Below, one piece after another: positions 13,101-26,770 of a stretch of 64,000 nt of DNA (positions are counted from its first letter, which is position 1; each line of letters begins with the position of its first letter). The DNA is taken from positions 162,378,001 through 162,442,000 of the forward strand of contig OX597814.1 of the NCBI GenBank assembly GCA_951406725.2, read 5' to 3'. The position numbers and the translations under genes were made by a program. Below the pieces are notes generated by a model. It was not told where the DNA came from. It made no database searches and saw only the letters and a program-made list of their open reading frames with translations. The stretch is from Octopus vulgaris. Lineage: Eukaryota.

Positions 13101-13396
13101 GTAGAAACTGACTGTGCCGCAGAAGGGAGCATGGTTGAACATTTTGCAATAGAAGCAGCAGAATGAAGTATGGAAGTGGGTGACCGACCATTCAGCAGAC
13201 AATAGAGATGGTAATTATGTTATTGGGGAATAATCTTTCCATCTATTTACGCAAGGGAGACTGACGAGGCGGACATTACAAAGGAAAGTTATTTATAAGA
13301 AAAATATGGCTGTGGTCAAATAGAATCTGAATGAGATGGATGAAAGACACATATACATTTTGTAATGTCTTTTCTGAAAATATCACAAAATAAAGC

Positions 13397-13605
13397 AAGG
13401 TGGCGAGCTGGCAGAATCGCTAGTATGCCGGGCAAAATGTTTAGTCCGTTGCTACGTTCTGAGTTCAAATTCCACCGATGTCGACTTCGCTTTTCATCCT
13501 TTCAGGGTCGTTACAATAAGTACCAGTTGTGCCCTGAGGTCGATGTAATCAACTTTTACCCCTTACCCGAAATTGCTAGCCTTCAGCCAAAATTTGAAAC
13601 CAATA
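13397..13605 (+). mobile_element. SINE family A
   Basis: Head and core motifs. Confidence 0.88.
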
Positions 13606-13716
13606 TTACAAAATACAAAATAAGGTAATGTTTCAAGAAGAGGAATCGCCAACCATGACCCTACCGAGGAACGTCGCAGATCCAGGTTTACTCAGACAAT
13701 CAATGATATTTAACTT

Positions 13717-14137
13717 GGATCTTTTCGGTTTGAACGGCAGTTTTTTCTAGCGGTGTCATAGGAAATTGTCACCCATAATTATGACCCTAGAATCAATCTA
13801 TTGCATTTCAATCTGTTTTAGGGTTAGGGTTAGTTAGGGTTAGGGGGAAGGGTATCTTTTTTTCTTCACAAATGTAAATAAACCCAATCTGTTTCTTAAA
13901 CGGGGGACATATTCATACGGCACAGAATGTTTTTTACCTCAATAGACGTAACTGATTGGTTGAAATTGCAGAAATTGAAGAAAAAAAACAACAAATATCT
14001 TACAAACTATAGCATTTTCTCAATAAAGCAAAGAGAAAAAGATGTTTTATAAACACATTCTACCAGTATACGAAGTTTAAAATTTTTTAGTTACCTAGAA
14101 ATTATGTTAAAAACTGCCGTTCAAACCGAAAAGATCT
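13717..14137. mobile_element. MITE with 29-bp TIRs, 8-bp TSD and internal telomeric repeats
   Basis: TIRs GGATCTTTTCGGTTTGAACGGCAGTTTTT / AAAAACTGCCGTTCAAACCGAAAAGATCT; perfect TSD TTTAACTT at 13709-13716 and 14138-14145; TTAGGG units at 13818-13845. Confidence 0.92.
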
Positions 14138-14742
14138 TTTAACTTTAACAAACCAACAGAAATTAGGGTGGTGGGCTTACTCATTTATATATACCACGTC
14201 CTTTTCCCGAATTTATTTTTTATACGAATGAGTGGAGGAACCTCAACGTAGTTGCTCGATCTGCTATTAATAGCAACTGAATGCCCATTAAATCACACCT
14301 TAATATTTTAAAAAAGAACAAATTGAACAATGCAATCCTGAATACATTAAGTTTTAAAATAAGGTGTGATAGTTACGATAGGGATACAATGGATAATGTT
14401 TGCTTGATATGAGCTACCCTATGAATTTGAATGCTGAGCGTTGAAGCAAACGTTTTGAAAATTTTAGTGTTGTTCCACTGAAAATTTCGGTGTTGTTCCC
14501 TAACACCGTTTCTTAAGAGGAAAAAAAACAAAACCGAAGTCGTTTATTTAACTGGGTTGATGAGAATAAGTACCAGGAATTCAATGAAGTCAATATTCTC
14601 TTAATTCCATATTTTATCAGCGCTGACCAAGACAAGGAGTAAAAAAAAAAAGGCAACAAAAGCAGCAGGTATGTTTCTGTATGTGTTCCAGCCCAAAGGC
14701 TGTGGTCATGCTAGAGCACCGACATTGATATATATATATTGA

Positions 14743-14779
<37 letters not shown>

Positions 14780-15046
14780 CTTCTGTTTTTTGTTTTTTTT
14801 TTCATCCCCCAAAAGAAAAGCTCTACCTTGTAACTTGTCACATCTGTGTGCAGCCCTGTGTGGCCAATAAAGAAACTTATCTATCTATCTATCTATCTAT
14901 CTCCTTTTTTTGTTCTCTTTCTCTCCTTTTACGATCCCTTTTGATCGAAATTCCCCCCCTCTTTTTTTTTTTACCTTCAAAATAAAAGCTCTACCTTGTA
15001 ATTTGTTCTATCTGTGTGCAGCCCTGTGTGGCTAATAAAGAAACAT
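14780..15046 (+). mobile_element. Two tandem LINE-like 3' tails, each ending in (TATC)n
   Basis: AAAAGCTCTACCTTGTAA..TCTGTGTGCAGCCCTGTGTGGC(C/T)AATAAAGAAAC present twice, each followed by (ATCT)n; L1/Tx1 affiliation is inferred. Confidence 0.6.
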
Positions 15047-15206
15047 ATCTATCTATCTATCTACCTATCTATGCATCCATCCATCCGTAGACAAATAGAG
15101 TAGTGGTAAAGGAGAGAGAATGGGATAGGATAGAAGAAAGAGTGAAAGGAAAGAGGGGCGGGAAGTGAAATTGCAGAGTGACAGTGAGCTTCAGGATAAC
15201 AGAGAA

Positions 15207-15246
<40 letters not shown>

Positions 15247-16167
15247 AGAGAGAGGGAGAGGGAGAGAGATTTAGATAGATAGAGATACAATGAGAGACTA
15301 GTGGGAAGATGAAAATGCTAGCAGACGGTACAAGGAGAGACAGAGAGTGGCGGGAAGGTAGAAGAAGTGGTAGGAAGGTGGAAAGTAGAGAAAAAGAGAG
15401 TAATATTGAGGTTAAAGGAGAGAGGGGGATTAGCGGGAAGAGAGAGAGGGTAGTAATACGAAGGCAGACGGAGAGAAGTGGTAAGGTAGTGGGACATAAA
15501 GCGAGTAGCAGGAAAGCTTAACTGGGAGGTGAAGAGGGGGAAAAGAGAGAGAGAGAAGGAGAGAGAAAGAGAGTAGTAGAAAGAGAGAGAAAGAGAGAGA
15601 GAAGCAACAACGGCAATGTTACAATAATGTGATATATTCCAATTTTTAAGTATGGACGTCATATGTTTAAAGAAAGATTAAAGGTTAATTTGTAACATCT
15701 GAGCTAAAACGTATAATTTTTGATTAGCCTTATTTCCCTTTCCATGCGCTCTCCTAACTCCACCTTTTTCTATACATATGTATATATATATATATATATA
15801 TCTGACTTCCTATATGCATAATAAAAACCAAAAAAATATATAATATCGGTACTTACACACGCAACACACATACAGTTGTTCAAATATTGATAAATTTCTA
15901 CATTTGCAGTAATTTATGGATATACTTGTTGCTGTTAGTTTTTCCCTTTTTTTTTGTTTTTTTTTTTAATAATCTGAAAGTTTATCTCTTCCATTTTCAT
16001 ACGTTCATGCCCATACAAACGTATATATATGCATACATAGTTATTCATACATATATAAATAATGCACACATACACATTCTGTGTATTCGCTTCTTTTATC
16101 CCTTTTACTGGTTTCAGCCGAGGTAGCGCCATGGCGTCTGTTTCAGCCTGGCGCTACACATACGCAC

Positions 16168-16169
<2 letters not shown>

Positions 16170-16198
<29 letters not shown>

Positions 16199-16735
16199 TG
16201 TATGTATGTATGTATGTATGTATGTATGTATGTATGTATGTATGCATGTATGTATGTATGTATGTATGTATGTATGTATGTATGTATGTATGTATGCATG
16301 CATGTATGTATGCATGTATGTATGTATGTATGTATGTATGTATGTATGTATGTATGTGTGTGTGTATGCATGCATGCATGTATGTGTGTGTGTGTGTATG
16401 TATGCATGCATGCATGTATGTATGTATGCATGCATTTATGTATGTATGTATGTGTGTATGTATATATGTATGTATGTATGTATATATGTATGTATATATG
16501 TATGTACATTATATATATATATATGTATGTACATATATATATATATATATATGTATGTACACTATATATATATATGCATTTTTAATAATTACTGGTATCC
16601 TTATCTTATATGCATAGAATATTATGCTATATGTATGTATGTTATTATGATTATCAGTTTAATGAATAAATAAGTTAACATTTTTAATGTCCTAAAGTTG
16701 ATGAACCAACTACTGTTCTCCTCCATTTTCTTATT

Positions 16736-16805
<70 letters not shown>

Positions 16806-16845
16806 GTATGTATATATATATATATGTATGTATGTATGTATATAT
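16170..16845. repeat. (TATG)n/(TA)n compound microsatellites
   Basis: Direct reading. Confidence 0.97.
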
Positions 16846-17504
16846 ACGCAAGCACACATCCACATTACACATTTGTGTGTATATATTTATGTGTACATGT
16901 TCGATATGTACAACATATGTACGGTGGGTGCGCGTGCGCCTGTTTCAGTCTCGCCGTTTTGTTATTCAATAGCAATTATCTTCACCCCCCACAATGTTAT
17001 TTAAAAAAAATAATATATATGAACATGATTTGCTGTTATTTACGATTATGTCAATTATTTTATAATTTCATTACAAGGCATGAGTCAGCCGAATCGAGAC
17101 CTTTTTCCATATCGGCTGTGTTCTTTCATTTCTTTCGGGTCCCACTTAACAGTTAGAATCAATAGATTAAACACCATATCTTATTGTAAAATTGATCTTA
17201 CACCCGCCACACACTCACGCATACATACACACAGGCTCGCGCCCACACAATTTATTCGGATGATGCCATGTAGTCTACATGTGTTGAGTACATTTGTATG
17301 TGATGGTATGTGTGTGTGTGAATGTGTGCGAGCGCGTGTGTGTGCGTGTGTATACTGAAGTGAATGTATGTATGTATGTATGTATCTCTCTCTCTCTCTC
17401 TCTCTCTCTCTAAATATATATATAATATATATTATATATATAATATATATATATATATATTATATATATAATATATACAATATATATAATATATATCTAT
17501 ATAC

Positions 17505-17660
17505 GCGCAGGAGTGGCTGTGTGGTAAGTAGCTTTCTTATGAACTACATTGTTCCGGGTTCAGTCCCACTGCGTGGCATCTCTACTATAGCCTCGGGCCG
17601 AACAAAGCCTTGTGAGTGGATTTGGTAGACGGAAACTGAAAGAAGCCTGTCGTATGTATG

Positions 17661-17731
<71 letters not shown>

Positions 17732-17940
17732 TTGTGTGTCTGTGTTTGTTCCCCTAGCATTGCTTGACAACCGATGCTGGTGTGTTTACGTCCCCGTCAT
17801 TTAGCGGTTCGGCAAAAAGGGACCGATAGAATAAGTACTGGGCTTACAAACATTAATAAGTCCCGGGGTCGATTTGCTCGACTAAAGGCGGTGCACCAGC
17901 ATGGCCGCAGTCAAATGACTGAAACAAGTAAAAGTAAAGT
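17505..17940 (+). mobile_element. SINE family B, full-length
   Basis: GCGCAGGAGTGGCTGTGTGGTAAG head, internal (TA)/(TG) array, LINE-like tail. Confidence 0.9.
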
Positions 17941-17945
17941 ATACA

Positions 17946-17976
<31 letters not shown>

Positions 17977-18329
17977 TATATATATATACATATATATATA
18001 AGTACATATATATATGAATATATATACATATATATATATATACAATATATATAATATATATAATATATATACAATACATATAATATATATATATACAATA
18101 TATATAATATTTATAAATACAATATATATATATATTTTCATAATACGTGTGTTCGTGTTTGTATAATTGGTATATAATCGATTATACAAACACAAACACA
18201 TGCACGATCTATCTATCTGTCTATCTGTCTATCTATATCTAGATCTATATATAAGCTGAGAAGAGCTGACTGATCCAGGCAACAACATACTATGTATGCA
18301 CACACACACACATACACATACACACACAC

Positions 18330-18900
18330 AGGCGCAGGCGTGGTTGTGTGGGAAGAAGCCTGCTTTTCAACCACGTGGTGACTCCTTGGGTAAGTTTCCT
18401 CGACTACTCGGGCCGACCAAGGCCTTGCGAATGGGTTTGGTAGATAGAAACTGAAAGAAGCCCGTCGTGTATATATATATATGTTCTATCTTTTACTCAT
18501 TGGGGCACCGCCTTGAACTATTTGTTTTTAGTTGAATGAATCGATCCGAGTACTTATTTATTTATTTTGGTAAGCCTGGTACTTATTCTATTGTGCCGAG
18601 CCGGTAGGTTACGAGGACGTAAATACACTAACACCTGTTGCAAGACGGTAGTGGGTGGATAAACACAGACTCTCTCTCTCACACACACGTATGTGTGTTT
18701 GTGTGTTTGTCTTTGAGTCCGTGTTTGTCTCCCACCACCGTTTTACAACCGGTATTGGTGTGTTTACGTTCCTGTAATCTAGCGGTTCGGCCTCAGAAAC
18801 CGATAGAATAAGTACTAGGCTTACCAAAATAAATAAATAAGTACTGGGTCGATTCATTCGACTAAAAACAAATAGTTCAAGGCGGTACCCAACGAGTAAA

Positions 18901-18981
<81 letters not shown>

Positions 18982-19125
18982 ATTTCCACACAGTTTCCGC
19001 CAACCAAGTTCACTCACCAGCTCGATTGAGCTGTAGAAGACACTTGCTCAAGGGGCCACGCAGTGAGACTGAACGCAAAATTGTGGTTGCAAAGCGAGGT
19101 TCTTACAATTCACTCATGGCTGTGT
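18330..19125. mobile_element. Cluster of SINE family B halves in both orientations
   Basis: + head 18330-18470, - tail 18495-18665, + tail 18715-18900, - head 18990-19125. Confidence 0.8.
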
Positions 19126-19263
19126 CTATAAACTGCTCTTTGCTCTGTGTCTTTTAAATAAAACGTGGTTTATCTTTTATCTATTTTCTTACACTGAAAA
19201 TATTTCTACTAAACAAATCAGCCCATGCATAAAAACAAATTTGTGTCGCAATATCAACACATA

Positions 19264-20265
19264 TTGGGCCATCCCATAAATAATGCAGTTTTTTCAACTG
19301 CATGAACTAAAAGTCGGGGGGGGGGGGAGATAAACTATCTGCATCAACTTGCTGTAAAAGCAGGTATTAATTTTACCTTGTACTTATTTTTTGTGGAAGT
19401 TTTGAAGAGCGCAGTTCAATTTTAACAGATTTTTTCCAAAGCTATAATGGAAGTGACAAAGGAGCATATTCGGCATATTTTGCTATACGTGTTTAATAAA
19501 GACAACAACACAATGGAAAATGCGAGGAATATTAATGCAGTATATGGGGATTGGACAATAAGCGTAAGCCAGCATCAACGGAAATTCCAGAAATTCCAAG
19601 TCGGAAACTACAGCCTAAAAGACGAGCCTCATTCTGGAAGATCTGTAGAGCTCGACGAAGAGGTCCTGCAAACCTTGGTGCAACAAAGTCCCATCGTAAC
19701 TGTTGAGGAGCTAACAGAGAAGCTTGGATCTAGTTATTCAACCAATCATCGACACCTGTGTGCCATCGGAAAAGCCAGCAAATTGGGTCAGTGGTTTCCT
19801 CACAAACTTTCCAAGTCTAATCGCGCTCAGAGAGTGAATGTTTGCTCTTCTTTGCTGTCACGTCTCACGAATGACTTTTTTGTACCAAATAGTGACTGGT
19901 GACGAGAAATGGGTTTCCTGAAAATGTCAAGCAGCGAGGATGATATTCGAAAGGCTGGAGCAGTTTGAATGGGAAACGATTCCCCCACCCACTATATTCG
20001 CCGGACATTGCCCCATCTGATTATCAAAATCATTTGGACGGAAAAATATGAATTCAGTAGATGAGGTCAGTACAGTACTGGAGGAGTATTTTTTGTCAGG
20101 GACAAGTGAATTTTAGAAGGGGGTCCTTGCAAGTCTACCAAATAGATGGCAGAGCATTGTAGAAAATGGAGAGTATATTTTAGATTAAAAAAGAACTTTG
20201 TTTATCTTAATTTTGAAAAATAAAAGGAGTATTAAAAAAGCTGCATTATTTATGGGATGACCCAA
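19264..20265 (+). mobile_element. Mariner element, internally deleted, both TIRs intact
   Basis: TA|TTGGGCCATCCCATAAATAATGCAG ... CTGCATTATTTATGGGATGACCCAA|TA; ORF 19447-19902 with HTH and WFPHKL; frameshifted VTGDEKWV; then HPLYSPDIAPSDY; middle catalytic region deleted. Confidence 0.95.
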
Positions 20266-22429
20266 TACATTCACTCGTATCTTCTCTAGCTTACAATTCT
20301 TCATATCGCTAATCCACATGAAATTACCTTAAAAGAGATCAAGAACATGTCACATTCTATCTATTTCTTCCGGTTGAAAGCAAGAACAAATTCGTCTAAC
20401 AGAACACACACTTAAACAAATATCATTTTCATATATTCATAACATATAAAAACATTTTATGAAGATACAACTTCACATGCATCGACATTATTTTCTCTCT
20501 GAGTTTTTGGCGGGAAAGCATGCTAATTTCTTCCAGAATAGATTTTATCGTGAGATTATGGGTTGGATTTTGACTCAATAAATTGAGTTATTTCGCATTG
20601 AAATACTTAAAGGAATAACAAGCTGGTATTTATTCCATTGACAAAGACTTATAGTCGCTGTTTTGCAGTTATATACTCGTGGACATCGTTCTTGATGAGC
20701 TGAAGAATCTTTCTATTATAATTGTATTTTGGTGGGAATTGTAAAATCTGAACATCAAGTGTTGGCAATTGGTTGTTGTTGTTGTTGTTCTTTGTCGTGA
20801 GATAATGCTGCTATCGAGCAGAACTATGATTGAAACCATTGAAGTACATCTCGGAATACGTTATCTAGTATGTCCTATTCTCATTCAATACGATAAGGAG
20901 CAATTTGAAGGAGATTTGGTTGTTTCATTCTAGCATGTAGAGGCTACTTAGTTGGTAGTTAGAAGGCTTGCTTGTAAGTTCATATATTTCAAGTCTGGTC
21001 AATTTAAAGTTTTTTCCCTTTACCAAATCAGTGTGTTGAGACGACGGTTGACATACATGTTTTCACATATTAAAAAAAAAAAAAAAATCCCGCACAAAAA
21101 AATCGACAAAAAGAATTAAATTAAAAATATCCCCACAAAACAAAACAAAAAAATCTTACTTTATCACTTTAAAAATCTTTTACTACGATCTGAAGGAAGT
21201 CACGAAAATAGCCAAGGCCAACGAAAAGAAAGGTTCACAAGGAATTGACAATTTATACTTAGAATGTGTAACAGAATCCAAAGCTTCAGTGTTTGCTGAG
21301 AATGACACAGGGTATTTCTATTGGGAGACATATTTCAGTTTGTAAAAGGGATCTCAGATACAATGACAAATACAAGCCAGCTAATTCATTAAAGTTTAAA
21401 ATCTCGATGGTACTTAAGAGGAAGACAATGTTTGAAAATAACTGGCATTGAATTAATATTAGACTAAGCTTTCTAATGACACTGTTATCGATTGTAGATC
21501 GTGAATTCGTCTAAAACTCCGATTGGTACTTACACTTGGAAAAATTTAACCGAATCTCAGTTTGAGCCAAGGTATTATATCTTTATTGAAATATGAAGTT
21601 AGATAAATTCTATATATGTTAGTGTTAGCAAATTTTATTAAGTCCAGGGGTTTTAAAGCGGACGTTTAGAGCACTTAAATATACCTCTACTGTTAACTAT
21701 CTCAAGGCATATATGTCTGAACGTTTCTTATCAGTATATGATATCGAAGAAAAATATAACATTCAAAAGGAACAAAACTAATAAAAGTGTTAAAATTTTA
21801 TAGATAACCAAACTGGAAAGTTTTTCGCAATATTTATCTAGATTAGGCTTTTAAATCACGTATATCAATAGTCAATTAGTTATTGACATACTAGTGAGGT
21901 TTTTCGTTTTCACGTTCTGTATTCAAGGAGTATCATCCAAATAGGACCAAGCTACCTTCACGGTTCGCAATGGCAAATTAAGAACTTCAAGAAAAAGAAG
22001 AAAAAAATACATGTCAATTAAAAGTTGCGAATCGTGACTTCCGCAATATCTATCTGGACTGGAGAATTAAGAATTAAGAAATAAATGCGAAGAAGCAGTT
22101 CAACCAGCTGTGTTTCTTAAATGCATAGAAGGGTTAAATTTCAACTGTTCTTGTTATTTAACCATACGTTAACTCAGATGAAACAGCCATCTAACCATGG
22201 TCGTAGAGTTTTATTTTCAGACGCTGTATCGAGGACATCTTTATCCTATGTGCCATTTTTTTATAAGATGGTAAGAAGTGGTTTAAGGGTAATTTGGCTG
22301 CTATTTCTAAAAAGATCGAGCTACCACGTAGAGGTTCCACGAGCGTTCTTCATAAGTAGGACACGGACATTACTTCGATTCAATGTAGTAATTTGGATAC
22401 TTTTGAATTGTTGCTATGTACTTTTTTAA

Positions 22430-24500
22430 ACAGTTTGATTTATTGCTGATTCATTGAATTGAATTTGTTAATTAATTTGAGAAATGGTAAGCATGCAACC
22501 AACAAAATGGCCTGGAGTCGCAACAGAAGTTTGGAAAATTGAATTATTCCTAAAATTACAAAATCATCTATAAATTTTAGCATTGTCCTTGTTTCAATAG
22601 AAATAAATAATCATTTAAAAAAAAATTATTTCAAATTTCTTTATAGTCATTTATAATTTAATACATTCTGATCGAGAAAATATTGAAATTAAAATCAAAA
22701 TCTCAAATTAGGACTGGTTATTTTTTTAAAGAAATAGCACAGCTTTTTTTTTTTACTGTTTTATCTCACAAAATAGTGTTTATCTTAGTCCTAGTTTTTA
22801 ATGTTCGATTTATTTACTTTAACAATAAAATTGAATTCTAAATCAAATTAAGAATACAATTCTAGGTTTTCGTGATATTTTCGATTTCCTCATAATATTT
22901 CCATGCTGAGTCTCTAGAAAGTTCAATACTTTATTAGACATTCTGTCATATTCAGTTTTATTCGGTTAATCTTATTTAGCTCCAAACATTTTAATCTCTT
23001 TTCTATTATAGTTACTTCAAACCAGCAAATTATTCGCTGTTCTTAAAACTCTCTTCAGTTACCTACATATACGATTTCTTCTTGTCTTTCAAAAATCCTT
23101 TAATTTCCATTAGTTTTCTTTGTTCACACTAACTCATTCTAGTTCTTAAATCCACTCTATACGTCCGTTCCTTGAAGCTTGTTTTCACTGTCCATATTTT
23201 ACCACCATGCAGTGCGGTTGCAACACTGCTCATGCAATCTTTTGTACGCAGAAAAAAGAAAAGAGAAAAAGAAAAAGGAAAGAAAAAAGACCATTTGTTG
23301 TCAGCATGCACTGAAAATCTCTCAACTACTTTCAACAACATTGAACTTTACTAGTTTGGCTATCATATTGGCTTTTATTATTTGGTTACTTGTTAAGGTT
23401 ATAGAACTTTTGTTATCTGCAGTAGAAAACTATTAACTATTTCGCGTTTATTTAGCTGTACTTTCTTCTGTGTTACGTATACACTGTCTGCTTCAGAGAT
23501 CGGTGACCGAGAGGTACTGCTCTCTTTGGTCGCAGATTCTTTGACTGCTAATACTGAGGAAGTCAAAATTTGTAACGACTGCAGAAATGGCATTTTTTAA
23601 AAATCTCCTCTTCAACCAAAAATAAAGAAAGAAAATATAATATATATATTTATATATATTTTTTGCTGTCGTTTGATATATTACACTGTACAAACATGTA
23701 CATAAGCTAAGGAATAAATATATAGTTATATATTGTATGTAACGTACGCTATAAATGCTATACAAAACACTGTACACCTATATCTGCGCGTGAAGTGTTT
23801 TGTATTTATATTCCCAGTGCTTAATACTTTGAAGAAGACGAACAAAATAGGTGAAGAAATGAAAGGCTAAATGTACTTAAAGCGTAGGTTTACACGTCTG
23901 GATACACATCAGAAGTGGAAAAACAGATAGTATACATTTACATACACATGCATATGTTCACACAGACAAAAAGAGGTGCCAAGTGAAAGAAGAAAATAAA
24001 CATAATCAATGTAAAATGGAGAGGAAAGTTATCAAACAAAGCTGTATAATATACACGTAAGATATTTCTTTCTGGGTGCTGACATTTTACTGCCAGTGTT
24101 ATGAACACATCATGATGTTTATACTGGAAACTCGAGCAAGGGGGAGGGCTGGGTGATTTTTAGCATTGGCAGTTTGGGGTGGGAATATTGTTTGAGTGTA
24201 GAAAATAGACAAATATATATAAATGTATATAGCTATACATTAAAAAACCTACCTATGAAATAAAAAGAAAAGATGTAGGCCGTCAGTGCTTTCGACCAGC
24301 TATTTTTACATACGTTAAGTATAATTTTTCCCAAACATTTTGTTAGATTCTTAATCAAGCAAAGTGAAATTTAAGACATCAAACAAAACTTAATAAAATT
24401 GTTGATGAAAATTGAAGTATATTTTTTTTTACCGTACATTCAAAATCGAGTGCCGAATGTAAATTGAAAATATACGGTTTGAGGTTTAGCCATTGAATCT
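22430..24500. other. ~2-kb island free of recognisable interspersed repeats (possible UTR, lncRNA exon or regulatory DNA)
   Basis: No SINE, LINE or long microsatellite recognised, unlike the flanks; contains a multi-stem element and G-runs. Confidence 0.35.
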
Positions 24501-24529
24501 ACAAAATTGCTTTACATAGCTCCAACATA

Positions 24530-26770
<2,241 letters not shown>

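Noticed and set aside
13103-13340. Possible LINE coding fragment
   Set aside because: No convincing motif in any frame; left unclassified.
13818-13845. Telomere or telomerase template
   Set aside because: Only about 4 units, internal to a MITE with TIRs and a TSD.
21724-21748. U2 snRNA-like TTCTTATCAGT
   Set aside because: The match is only about 11 nt and the flanks do not follow U2.
22099-22111. TTCAACCAGCTGT matching the 3' part of miR-133
   Set aside because: The seed half is absent and there is no precursor hairpin.
23509-23524. Iron-responsive element (minus GAGAG-CAGUAC-CUCUC)
   Set aside because: The loop is not CAGUGH and the bulged C is missing.
23399-23593. 64-aa minus ORF MPFLQSLQILTSS... 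and neighbouring ORFs
   Set aside because: No recognisable domain; lengths are within chance; no supporting splice pattern.
24081-24135. miR-8 precursor on the minus strand
   Set aside because: No complementary 5p arm; kept only as a possible target site.
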